The position numbers were made by a program, and so were the translations under genes. 64,000 bases of DNA from Octopus bimaculoides. Lineage: Eukaryota. The stretch lies in contig NC_068986.1 of the NCBI RefSeq assembly GCF_001194135.2, forward strand, positions 97,378,698 to 97,442,697, written 5' to 3'. The notes beneath the pieces were generated by a model. That model was not told the origin of the DNA, did not search any database, and worked only from the letters and a program-made list of their open reading frames with translations. Positions 52,150 to 64,000 of the stretch are shown here, piece after piece (within the stretch, counting starts at the first letter, position 1; each line of letters opens with the position of its first letter).

Positions 52150-52335
52150 GGCTTGGCGGGCAGGACAACATTCCACCTGACCCCAGCACCAGCTTGTCAC
52201 AGGGCTGTCTATTTACAGCCGACTTGACTGGAGCAATATGAAATGAGGTGTTTTGTTCAAGAACACCGACGGAGCTGAAAGACGAAACCACGATCTTGAG
52301 TTCTTCGACTATGATATATTCGATACTCGCTATCA
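52150..52335 (-). mobile_element. SINE with CORE-like domain
   Basis: Minus strand gtgttcttgaacaaaacacctcatttcatattgctccagtc. Confidence 0.6.
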
Positions 52336-52634
52336 AGTAACTCGAATTTATGGATGTAAGTCTTCTGTGTTTGTGTCATTTAAAATTTAGCCCTCTGTAT
52401 TCTTCGATTTTGAATTCTACTTCTTTCGACGTTACACACATAGTATTGTTAGTAAAGTGTTGTATGAGGTTGTGGTTGGAGTTCTCACTTATGTCTATTG
52501 ATCCTTCATTGGCTTTACACTAGGGTAGCAATTTTTGTGTTTATGTACACAGAGATTCCACCCACATATATACATAAATACATATATACACTCACATATA
52601 TATATATCAACCGAAGTGTTCTTACTTTCTCAAG

Positions 52635-52655
52635 ACGTTGGGATGTTATTTTAAG
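52635..52655 (+). CDS. Candidate 21-nt microexon
   Basis: ttcttactttctcaag|ACGTTGGGATGTTATTTTAAG|gtaagt; reads TLGCYFK or RWDVIL. Confidence 0.2.
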
Positions 52656-53603
52656 GTAAGTTTACCTTGTCTGTCTTGGCGAGCGACAACGTAAGAGATT
52701 TTGATGCAGTCGTGATATATAATTCGGAAAGTCATCATAAAAAAGAAAGTTTCATATATTGCACTAGAATAGGTAGTAAATCAATTAACTTTTAACCTCA
52801 AGTTCGAGATATAAACACTAACGTAAATAAATAGGAATGAAACCATACAAATTCTTATTTAAGAATAAGCGTCTATGATAAAATGGTTTAAGTAGATAAT
52901 AGGTAAGTTAAAGGAAATGAAATTATAAAAGTACTATGCAAATAACGATGACTAATATTTAAAATCAAATTTAGCAATAGAAGTATAAGTGTATGATTGT
53001 GCATATAAGAGCATACATAGCCATGTTGTTAAGAAATTCGGTTTGGTATATCGGAACAATGCTGAAAATAATCAGGTGGGCTAATGACACAGCTAAATAA
53101 TCTGTAGAACGAGTTTATCTACAGTTTGGAACTTCCTTCATAATACTAGGGAGATTGAAAAAGATTATATCGAAAATTTTCCAGTTGTATTATGGTAGGC
53201 TATGCGTAATCTTGGAAATGATATTTTGCATTGTACCCTACATTTTCATGGTGAAAATGGATGCTATTAATTCATATTATATTGTACAATTTATATTGTA
53301 CAATGACCATTGTATATATAATTTATTGAATTGCTAAACACATAGCGCTGTTTTCTTTCTGGGTAAAAGAATTAAAGAAAAGATCGTTTTAATAGAAATT
53401 GCGTCGATATAATCTTTATATATATTTTCGAAAATGTATCTGTAAAATTGCTCGAAAATGATATGTATTATTCAGAAAATTATGAGCAAAGAAATTGGAT
53501 GGCGCATCAAACTGTAGTTATTCTGTGGAGCTGCCAAACGCGAGATTGGCTTGTCCTGTCAGCGTGGCGTGTACTCATCTGTAATACGAGCTTAAAAGCT
53601 ATC

Positions 53604-53787
53604 TCACAATTCCAATTCGACATTTGCAGATCTGTTGGAAGTGACCGTTCGAGGATAAAAATTATTTCTCTCCATACTTTCCCACGATAGTCTTGAAGGT
53701 CCAGGAAAATATTGTTGAAATCTTATCAATTCTCCTTCATAGAAAATGGGGTAAAGTTGAATTATCTTATGATATTGATCAATTTTT
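53604..53787 (-). CDS. Candidate terminal coding exon, product unknown
   Basis: ttatgttttag|A then KIDQYHKIIQLYPIFYEGELIRFQQYFPGPSRLSWESMERNNFYPRTVTSNRSANVELEL*; AATAAA about 280 nt downstream. Confidence 0.3.
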
Positions 53788-54375
53788 CTAAAACATAAGT
53801 TATTTGCTTTAGTTTATTAGACAAGGTCTATACCGGCGAACCCATCCTGGGTGATATACTCAAAAATCTCGTTTTTCCATTCGACACAGACTAATTGCAC
53901 ACATATATATATGATTCATAAGGAGAACAATGAAAATAGAAGCAGATAAAGCTATAAATAATAGCATATAAATATTGGGTTAAAACAATAACTTTCGTCG
54001 TAGAAAATTTCGAAGGTTACCCCTGGGATTCGGACCAATATTTTCATAAGCATCCCCACCACACACAAGTGTGTGCGCGTATCTATCAGTTTTACTAATG
54101 AAAAGAAGTCAGTTGAATACATGGAACTATGCTAAAAGACATGTTAAGTGCTGCAAAGTAAGATCGAATGCAGATGTTATGAATAAAAGCTATTAACCCT
54201 ACCACAACCTGCGCACTTATACAATCAGGTTCAAATGTTAAAGCGTGCAATGTATTGAGCAATCTAATGGAACAGCCAATACCATGGACCTGTGTATCGT
54301 TTCGATTTCCACAATTTTATTCAGAAAGATATTGCTGATTAAACTACGTCTGCTGTCAATAAACAGGCCAAATAA

Positions 54376-54768
54376 GGCGGCGAACTGGCACGGCGGAAAA
54401 AATGCTAGCTGCGTTTCTTCCCACCTAACGTTCTAAGTTTAAATGCTACAATGGTTGGCTTTGCCTTTTATCCTTTCGAAGTCAATAAAATAAGTATCAG
54501 ATGAACACCTCATCACCCGAAATTGCTGGCCTTGTACCAAAATTTGAAACCAATACTCCGGCCAAATAATACGGTGAGCAGGCAGAATCGCTAACACTCC
54601 GGGCATTTCATCCCTCTTTACGTTCCGCCTTCAAATTACGCCTTGGTCAACTTGGCCATGTATCCATTCACGATGAAGAAAATAAGTACGAATTAAGCAT
54701 AGGGTTGATGTAACCGATTTAGCTCCACCCTCAAACTGTTGACCTTGTACCAAAATTTGGAACCAATA
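54376..54768 (+). mobile_element. Two head-to-tail tRNA-derived SINE copies (54376-54555, 54570-54768)
   Basis: Heads ggcggcgaactggca and acggtgagcaggcagaatcg; both end ccttgtaccaaaattt(g)gaa(a)ccaata. Confidence 0.8.
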
Positions 54769-55278
54769 TAGAGGCCAAATAAAGACATGCCGTGAAATTG
54801 AACACAAAGTTTTATAGTTGCAAGAAGTTCTTCACCAGTGAACCATATATACGACTACTTTACTGCGTAGCCAATCCTGTATGTTTAATATTTAATAATT
54901 TCTAGCAGATAATTATAGTGTTTCAGTTTTGTTTATCTCTATTAACCGACATATTCCCCGCTATTAATCACTCTTTGCAATTTGTGAAATTTTCTCACAG
55001 GTATTAATCGGTTGTACAAGATTTTATAGACATTATGATAAGAACGCTTATGCCATTTATACGAAGACGAATTTATACACAAACAATAAATTGACTCTAA
55101 TCATTCCTCTCTTTTGTTTGGCTTAAGCTTAAGACCATATTAATGTGTGAATTTACATTTACATAGATATCAATGAATGTTTCTATGAGTCTGCCTAACG
55201 AACTTGCAGAGCTTAAGTGATGTGTACCACCACTACTACTTGCCACCATACATGCGCGCGCTCAAATACATATAGACA

Positions 55279-55350
<72 letters not shown>

Positions 55351-55539
55351 CATACACATATATGTATGTATAAATATAGTGCATATGCTAACGATGGCAA
55401 AGACATTTAAGAATAGTGATCAAAAACTATGTTCAATGAGTGAGTTGTTTGATACAAAATTCAATACTTTTTAGAAAGTGCTTCGCATTGTATAGAATCA
55501 TACACACTAACACACACACATACACACACGCACACATTA

Positions 55540-55930
55540 TGTGCGTCATCCCATAAATAATGCGGTTTTTTCAATTGCGTGAACCAAAAATCGGAAGGGG
55601 GCGGGATAAACTACCTGAATCAACTTGCTATAGAAGCAGGTAGTAATTTTACCTTGTACTTATTCTTAGTGTACGTTTTGAAGAGTGCAGCTTGATTTTA
55701 ACAGTTATTTTGTAAAGCTTTAATGGAAGTGACAAAGGAGCATATTCGGCTTATTTCGCTTTATGAGTTCAATAAAAGCAACAACGCAACGGAAGTGCGA
55801 GGAATATTAATGCAGCATGTGTATCGGACAATAAGCGTAGCGTAAGCTAGTGACAATGGTGGTTCCAGAAATTCCGAGCTGAAAGCTACAGCCTAGAAGA
55901 GGAGCCTCGTCCTGGAAGGTCTGTAGAGCT
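55540..55930 (+). mobile_element. mariner transposon 5' fragment (TIR and transposase N-terminus)
   Basis: TA|tgtgcgtcatcccataaataatgcggtttttt; ATG 55723 MEVTKEHIRLISLYEFNKSNNATE...WFQKFRAESYSLEEEPRPGRSVE. Confidence 0.88.
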
Positions 55931-56816
55931 ATAGAAATACGATATTATTTTAGCGTCGAAGAGGAACCATGAATTAAATAAGATAAATTATTTATGTATT
56001 TGTTTGANNNNNNNNNNNNNNNNNNNNNNNNNNNNNNNNNNNNNNNNNNNNNNNNNNNNNNNNNNNNNNNNNNNNNNNNNNNNNNNNNNNNNNNNNNNNN
56101 NNNNNNNNNNNNNNNNNNNNNNNNNNNNNNNNNNNNNNNNNNNNNNNNNNNNNNNNNNNNNNNNNNNNNNNNNNNNNNNNNNNNNNNNNNNNNNNNNNNN
56201 NNNNNNNNNNNNNNNNNNNNNNNNNNNNNNNNNNNNNNNNNNNNNNNNNNNNNNNNNNNNNNNNNNNNNNNNNNNNNNNNNNNNNNNNNNNNNNNNNNNN
56301 NNNNNNNNNNNNNNNNNNNNNNNNNNNNNNNNNNNNNNNNNNNNNNNNNNNNNNNNNNNNNNNNNNNNNNNNNNNNNNNNNNNNNNNNNNNNNNNNNNNN
56401 NNNNNNNNNNNNNNNNNNNNNNNNNNNNNNNNNNNNNNNNNNNNNNNNNNNNNNNNNNNNNNNNNNNNNNNNNNNNNNNNNNNNNNNNNNNNNNNNNNNN
56501 NNNNNNNNNNNNNNNNNNNNNNNNNNNNNNNNNNNNNNNNNNNNNNNNNNNNNNNNNNNNNNNNNNNNNNNNNNNNNNNNNNNNNNNNNNNNNNNNNNNN
56601 NNNNNNNNNNNNNNNNNNNNNNNNNNNNNNNNNNNNNNNNNNNNNNNNNNNNNNNNNNNNNNNNNNNNNNNNNNNNNNNNNNNNNNNNNNNNNNNNNNNN
56701 NNNNNNNNNNNNNNNNNNNNNNNNNNNNNNNNNNNNNNNNNNNNNNNNNNNNNNNNNNNNNNNNNNNNNNNNNNNNNNNNNNNNNNNNNNNNNNNNNNNN
56801 NNNNNNNNNNNNNNNN

Positions 56817-57084
56817 GTATCCGGCCTGTTGATGTAGTAACAAAGCTAAAGCAGGCAGAGTGAAGCTGCTTGGCACAGATAAACCTCGAGCTCTGCTGTG
56901 CATGCGCATTAAATTTTAACGTTCTAGCTCACTTCCGCTGTTTACAGAAGTACTTGGAAGGAAGATATGTAGCGAGTAATCGCGGCGCTGACCACGACAC
57001 AGAAAGTTGAGCAGAGAATCTGCATCAAATTTTGCCAAAAGCTTGGCAATACCTGCTCAGGGGCCTACGCAAAGTTTTCAAAAA
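56817..57084 (+). mobile_element. mariner (second family) 5' fragment; TIR runs into the gap
   Basis: KVEQRICIKFCQKLGNTCSGAYAK; leader homologous to the reverse complement of 57540-57675. Confidence 0.85.
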
Positions 57085-57695
57085 GAATTCATCATTCTCG
57101 ACACAATCTAGGAGTTCTTGTGCAACTGAAATCCCAGCGTTGTTTTGGTCAGCTGAAAGCAGTTTTGGTACAAACTTAGCAGACACGCGTCTCATACTCA
57201 AATCTTAAGTGATAATGGACGGAAAGGAAGCGTAACTAGTCTGCACGTCCTCTGATAACTCACGGATAGTGATTCAATGATTTCCCCTAACAGCTGCACG
57301 CACATCTGCGATGTTTTTCTCAGTTCTTCTGGTTGCGGATTTCCTAGAACGTTGGTCACTATCGACATTTTTCGTCCGTCTTGTAAACGTCTGAACCACT
57401 CGTATACCTGTGTGCGGCTCATACACACCTCTCCATACATTTTGTGCAACGTTGCGTAGGCCTTTGAGGAGGTATCGCTATGATTATTTTCTCTGGCATG
57501 GTCAATGTGACGATCACATGCTACACACCTTGATTCCATGCACTGCTGTAAAGAGTGGAAGTGAGTTAGACCGTTAAAACATATTGCGCATGTACAGCAG
57601 AAGTCGAGATCAACATGTACCAAACGGCTTCAATCTGCATACTTTAGCTTCGTTACTATAACAACAGTCCGGACACTTATTCATCTGACCTTATG
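57070..57695 (-). mobile_element. mariner (same family) 5' half, inverted
   Basis: TA|cataaggtcagatgaataagtgtccgg TIR; KAYATLHKMYGEVCMSRTQVYEWFRR, LSMRRVSAKFVPKLLS, ENDEFFLK. Confidence 0.9.
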
Positions 57696-59595
57696 TATAT
57701 ATATATATATATATATCTCCAAATGATAAGAAGACAAAGAACGTTCTTTAAGACACCTTTAATGATTCATTACAATTGTTATCGTACCAACAATACTTGC
57801 CTCTATTCTATTGGCTGATATAAAGTAAAGTTTAGTGTTATAAACCTATCTGTTTAACAAACGTGTCCTAATAAAGATAATCTTTGTTTGGTTTTGTTTT
57901 TTTAGTTGTACTGTAATTTATCATCGCATCTTTAGAGTTTATATTTCCACTCCTGTNNNNNNNNNNNNNNNNNNNNNNNNNNNNNNNNNNNNNNNNNNNN
58001 NNNNNNNNNNNNNNNNNNNNNNNNNNNNNNNNNNNNNNNNNNNNNNNNNNNNNNNNNNNNNNNNNNNNNNNNNNNNNNNNNNNNNNNNNNNNNNNNNNNN
58101 NNNNNNNNNNNNNNNNNNNNNNNNNNNNNNNNNNNNNNNNNNNNNNNNNNNNNNNNNNNNNNNNNNNNNNNNNNNNNNNNNNNNNNNNNNNNNNNNNNNN
58201 NNNNNNNNNNNNNNNNNNNNNNNNNNNNNNNNNNNNNNNNNNNNNNNNNNNNNNNNNNNNNNNNNNNNNNNNNNNNNNNNNNNNNNNNNNNNNNNNNNNN
58301 NNNNNNNNNNNNNNNNNNNNNNNNNNNNNNNNNCGAAAATCCTTTCTTACCATCGTATCTCTCAATTATCTTACTTTAACTCATCACCATCTAGACCGCT
58401 CTCATACATATTCTTGTATAAATCTAGTAATGTTTTACTTCTTTTCTTACAAATTTTAACCCAGGTATGTTAATTAACTTGTTTAACATATCTATTACAT
58501 TTCTTTGTATCGATTGAAGCTTTCAACTCTTCGCCCACCTCAAATGTTTGACAATGAAAAACTCAAAAATTCAGACCTTCAATAATTTTTACTCGTTCAG
58601 TTTACGTACTCCGAGATGCACGCTAATTTATTCAAGATGGCCGGGCCTGTATGAAATGTGCTCTTACGAGGTTCAACTTTATAATAGCGGCTGATTGTAA
58701 TAACGAAAAAACATTTTCTTTTATAAGAAAACTTGGCTTTCTCTATAAATCGATCTGATTCTTTTTATTCAAATAATGTAAAAAGAGAAGTACAACTTGC
58801 ACACGACTATAGTATATACATACATACACGCATGCATATATAGATATAAAACATTACATCGTTTATTCTCTCAAGTTGTTTACTTAATGTACTTTTTTCA
58901 GCTCCTCATGTCAGTTTATACTTATATGTACTGTGATCTTTGTGTATGTGTGCAAATGCATGTTTATGCGTGCATCTGTTCCACGTACATATGACTGTGG
59001 GAGTGTGAAAACCGGTGGTGGTTAGTTAAATCCTTAATCCTTTTCCTTGTCTCTTTTATCTGATGGTAAGTCTGATGGGTATTTGGTTTCTTTTTAATTA
59101 AACTTCCTGGCACGACCGTATCTATAGAAATACGATATTATTTTAGCGTCGAAGAGGAACCATGAATTAAATAAGATAAATTATTTATGTATTTGTTTGA
59201 AAGCAGCATTAAGCCCAACAAATGTTGACTGCTTCTAGATAGATTTTTTATGTTACATATTTAAAATTTTACCGGATGATTGTGGCTAATATATTATATT
59301 GTAAACATTTAAGATTACATTAGCTAAAATTCTATCGAGACCGCCGTCGTAAATTGCAAACGCCATTCATGATTACTATTTTATTCCTACGTCACACCAG
59401 GAATCGATGGTTACATATTGTATTTAGTACTTGCATATTTACGGAATCCTCTCAGTAACTGAAGTCTACAATGTTTATTTCATTGTAATCTTTATGTGTT
59501 TGTACCTAGACATTTTGTGGCGCCTTACATCTTAATGTGCTCTGATTCTTAAGGAATCCTAGTAACTAAGTTCACATGTATAAATGTGTGTATGC

Positions 59596-59670
<75 letters not shown>

Positions 59671-59699
59671 AGTGGAGTAATGACTATGAAGTATTGTGT

Positions 59700-60035
59700 A
59701 GTACAGTGCGGCAATTTTCCACGGCGATTCTCTGTGTAGAGGATCGAATGCCATCAACTTTATTGATTTCAAGAAAGCATTCGAATCTGTACCCACAGAA
59801 TCGCTGTGGAAAATTGCCTCACTGTATGGCGTTCCGCAGAAATTCATAGCAATCATTCGGAACATCTACAAGAACAGCAGTTGCTGCATAAAAATGCAAG
59901 AGGGAAATACAGAGTATTTTGCTATCAAAACAGGGGTGAGACAAGGCTGCATTATATCACCATTCCTCTTCCTACTGGCAGTTGATTTCATCAGGAAAAA
60001 GGCAATAGACGGGAATAAAAATCTGGGTACTCAAT
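59700..60035 (+). mobile_element. RTE-clade LINE RT fragment
   Basis: About 95 open codons: NFIDFKKAFESVPTESLWKIASLYGVPQKFIAIIRNIYK...TGVRQGCIISPFLFLLAVDFI. Confidence 0.9.
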
Positions 60036-60856
60036 GACAACAACAGCAGCAAAAACAATAATAAAGGAAGGCTCTGGTAACCAGCATGCAAGCATGAAAG
60101 AGAAGGTTGGGGAGGAATGTTATAGAAGAGTTCGAGCAGTTCTGAAATCTGAGCTGAATGCATGTAATAAGGTGTTAGCCATAAATTCTTTAGCAGTCCC
60201 AGCTGTTCTTTATAGCTTCAATGTGCTTAACTGGAATACCAGTGAAATAGTGAAAATAGATAGAAAAATCNNNNNNNNNNNNNNNNNNNNNNNNNNNNNN
60301 NNNNNNNNNNNNNNNNNNNNNNNNNNNNNNNNNNNNNNNNNNNNNNNNNNNNNNNNNNNNNNNNNNNNNNNNNNNNNNNNNNNNNNNNNNNNNNNNNNNN
60401 NNNNNNNNNNNNNNNNNNNNNNNNNNNNNNNNNNNNNNNNNNNNNNNNNNNNNNNNNNNNNNNNNNNNNNNNNNNNNNNNNNNNNNNNNNNNNNNNNNNN
60501 NNNNNNNNNNNNNNNNNNNNNNNNNNNNNNNNNNNNNNNNNNNNNNNNNNNNNNNNNNNNNNNNNNNNNNNNNNNNNNNNNNNNNNNNNNNNNNNNNNNN
60601 NNNNNNNNNNNNNNNNNNNNNNNNNNNNNNNNNNNNNNNNNNNNNNNNNNNNNNNNNNNNNNNNNNNNNNNNNNNNNNNNNNNNNNNNNNNNNNNNNNNN
60701 NNNNNNNNNNNNNNNNNNNNNNNNNNGTATACATTCTACGCAAAACACTTTCAATACAGTAAACGTAAGAGCACCACAGCAAACCACAGCACATACCCAA
60801 GGCGCACAGAGCTGCGCTCGGTAGTGAAGTGAAAGCACGTTATAAAAATAAAACTA

Positions 60857-60944
<88 letters not shown>

Positions 60945-60945
60945 G
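60036..60945 (+). mobile_element. R4/Dong-type RLE LINE directly following the RTE fragment; family A 3' end after the gap
   Basis: KEKVGEECYRRVRAVLKSELNACNKVLAINSLAVPAVLYSF; after the gap ILRKTLSIQ*, family A UTR and (TAA)n. The two sides of the gap may be different copies. Confidence 0.85.
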
Positions 60946-60984
60946 CAACAACAACAACAATGATAAAGATGATAAGATGACATA

Positions 60985-61110
60985 TGACCAAGGCCAGAAA
61001 TAACGAATGAGCCATTCTTTTATATTGCTGTTACTTTATTTTGAACCTGAAAAGATGAAAAATAAAGCAGACCTGTCGAAATTTGAACTAAATACATAAA
61101 GGGCTATGAC
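60985..61110 (-). mobile_element. Decayed tRNA-derived SINE
   Basis: Minus strand tagttcaaatttcgacaggtctgctttatttttcatcttttcaggttcaaaataaag...tttctggccttgg. Confidence 0.55.
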
Positions 61111-61413
61111 TCAAAAGTGGACGTCTTCAAAATTACAAAAATGTAAGGATGCATGAATATTGTGATATAGAGATAGAGAAATATAATTAACTGAACATTA
61201 ATTTTACAACCATGCAGAGACCTTAGCTTATTGTCATACACAAATATAATGGTGTATCTCCGTTGTTCGACATGTATGGTATCTGTTCTTCTATCAACTA
61301 AATAACTTATACCTCAATTAATATGTGTGCGGCTGAAATGTAATGTAATTATCAAACAGAGCCGTGTATACTTGTATGAACCCCTTGATTGTGTTCTGTG
61401 TATTTTCCATCAG

Positions 61414-61491
61414 AGCAATTTCATTCACATAACAACAGTGATACAGAAGCAATACAAGGTTACAAAGAGATCAATCCAATGATTTCGTTAG
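61414..61491 (+). CDS. Candidate symmetric phase-1 host exon (78 nt), product unknown
   Basis: tgttctgtgtattttccatcag|AGCAAT...CGTTAG|gtaaga; only one frame is open: (E)QFHSHNNSDTEAIQGYKEINPMISL(G). Confidence 0.45.
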
Positions 61492-63079
61492 GTAAGACAA
61501 ACATTTCATACTTTCGAGTACACTGCAACTACAATGATATTACGCTCGCCCAGTTACAAAAATACATAAGCATATATTAAACAGTTCTCCTACATGAAAG
61601 CACAAGGAACCATATATTCACCAATATTCCTACATAACACTATAAGTAAACTTGTTAAACTACAAATAAAGAATATCTATCCACCAATGGAGTGCTGAGC
61701 ATATATATATATANNNNNNNNNNNNNNNNNNNNNNNNNNNNNNNNNNNNNNNNNNNNNNNNNNNNNNNNNNNNNNNNNNNNNNNNNNNNNNNNNNNNNNN
61801 NNNNNNNNNNNNNNNNNNNNNNNNNNNNNNNNNNNNNNNNNNNNNNNNNNNNNNNNNNNNNNNNNNNNNNNNNNNNNNNNNNNNNNNNNNNNNNNNNNNN
61901 NNNNNNNNNNNNNNNNNNNNNNNNNNNNNNNNNNNNNNNNNNNNNNNNNNNNNNNNNNNNNNNNNNNNNNNNNNNNNNNNNNNNNNNNNNNNNNNNNNNN
62001 NNNNNNNNNNNNNNNNNNNNNNNNNNNNNNNNNNNNNNNNNNNNNNNNNNNNNNNNNNNNNNNNNNNNNNNNNNNNNNNNNNNNNNNNNNNNNNNNNNNN
62101 NNNNNNNNNNNNNNNNNNNNNNNNNNNNNNNNNNNNNNNNNNNNNNNNNNNNNNNNNNNNNNNNNNNNNNNNNNNNNNNNNNNNNNNNNNNNNNNNNNNN
62201 NNNNNNNNNNNNNNNNNNNNNNNNNNNNNNNNNNNNNNNNNNNNNNNNNNNNNNNNNNNNNNNNNNNNNNNNNNNNNNNNNNNNNNNNNNNNNNNNNNNN
62301 NNNNNNNNNNNNNNNNNNNNNNNNNNNNNNNNNNNNNNNNNNNNNNNNNNNNNNNNNNNNNNNNNNNNNNNNNNNNNNNNNNNNNNNNNNNNNNNNNNNN
62401 NNNNNNNNNNNNNNNNNNNNCATTGGATTTCTAGAAACCGTCAACAATCGATATATATTTAAAACATTTTAACTGTAATTTAGCACAATATTTTGTACCT
62501 TGTAGCTATAGACTTTTAGTAAATAGCTTATCAATATTATTTTGTTACAATTCCGTTTGTAAATAGATGTGATTTCTTTCAAATATTCTTTCTTGTGTTT
62601 CATATCTGTATAAACATTGCTTTGTAAACTTCTCTGGTATTTTCCATTATTCTTTCAATCTATTTTCCTGGTTTCCCAGTGTTCGGACGGTTATATCGAC
62701 TGCAGTGATATATAATTTTTTTTTTTTTTTGCTTTTATAATATTTATTTCAATATGAACGGCGTCAATCTCAATAATCTTGGATCTCATTATGGAACTCC
62801 CTTCCCTCCGATAAACTATGAAAATATATTCGAAAGACACATAAACAGGAACACACTAATGCACGTGCGCACGCACACACACATACACACACAAAAGCAT
62901 GCATGTGTACGTGCATATGTATGTGTACAGTCTGTAATTTCCACTTTACGACAACGCTGATACAGTTCAATAATGTCGTCTACTATTTCTGTTTAGCTAA
63001 GAAAGCAATTCTCAGCGTTATACGTAAGTATATTTAAAAATTTAAAAACCTAGAATTAGAATTTTATATATGTGCGTGT

Positions 63080-63124
<45 letters not shown>

Positions 63125-63633
63125 NNNNNNNNNNNNNNNNNNNNNNNNNNNNNNNNNNNNNNNNNNNNNNNNNNNNNNNNNNNNNNNNNNNNNNNNNNNN
63201 NNNNNNNNNNNNNNNNNNNNNNNNNNNNNNNNNNNNNNNNNNNNNNNNNNNNNNNNNNNNNNNNNNNNNNNNNNNNNNNNNNNNNNNNNNNNNNNNNNNN
63301 NNNNNNNNNNNNNNNNNNNNNNNNNNNNNNNNNNNNNNNNNNNNNNNNNNNNNNNNNNNNNNNNNNNNNNNNNNNNNNNNNNNNNNNNNNNNNNNNNNNN
63401 NNNNNNNNNNNNNNNNNNNNNNNNNNNNNNNNNNNNNNNNNNNNNNNNNNNNNNNNNNNNNNNNNNNNNNNNNNNNNNNNNNNNNNNNNNNNNNNNNNNN
63501 NNNNNNNNNNNNNNNNNNNNNNNNNNNNNNNNNNNNNNNNNNNNNNNNNNNNNNNNNNNNNNNNNNNNNNNNNNNNNNNNNNNNNNNNNNNNNNNNNNNN
63601 NNNNNNNNNNNNNNNNNNNNNNNNNNNNNNNNT

Positions 63634-64000
63634 CAATAAAATCGCCATTGCCTTCAACCACGGCCTCTAGCCGACTTCGGAATCTCCTGCAACTTTTCTG
63701 GCCGGTCTCCTTTGTTTAAGTTGGTGAATGCTGCCACAATCCCTGCCTTCAGTTCAATTTTGGTGTTAAAAAGAGTTTTGTTTGCCTCTCGCTCAACTGC
63801 GCCCCAGACACAAGTATCAAGAGGGCTGCAGTCTGGAGAGTTAGGTGGCCAGATGTTAGGTGGATGTGGTCGCAGAAATTATCTGACAGGCATGACTGGT
63901 TTCTCCTCCTTGTGTGGCATGATGCAGAGTCATGTTGCCATCCACAGTGTTCATATTGGAGCTTCCGGTATGAATGCCACATGACGATTCCAAATTTCTG
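63634..64000 (-). mobile_element. DD37D (maT) transposase C-terminal fragment, continuing beyond the window
   Basis: WQHDSASCHT...NIWPPNSPDCSPLDTCVWGAVEREANK...VEGNGDFI; about 37 residues between the second and third Asp after frameshift correction. Confidence 0.88.

Overview
AT-rich eukaryotic genomic DNA from a gapped short-read assembly (about 12 long N-runs, roughly 6-7 kb in total, most next to microsatellites). The repeat families look cephalopod, probably Octopus; this is an inference from recognised repeat sequences, not a search result. The window is mostly decayed mobile elements: about 10 fragments of R4/Dong-type restriction-like-endonuclease (RLE) LINEs from several families, CR1/L2-group and RTE LINE fragments, a Penelope-like element (RT + GIY-YIG), a Penelope-type LTR with a minimal hammerhead motif, two DD37D (maT) and three mariner fragments, a POGK-like pogo transposon, about a dozen SINEs and many microsatellites. 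No intact long gene, rRNA, true tRNA or CRISPR array is visible. Most ORFs in the supplied track are microsatellite or N-gap artefacts. A few low-confidence isolated host exons are proposed. The most interesting signals are RLE LINEs and a SINE-like partner chained through (TAA)n tracts, a two-donor templated insertion in a young LINE, hammerhead motifs, and an inverted dimer of mariner 5' ends.
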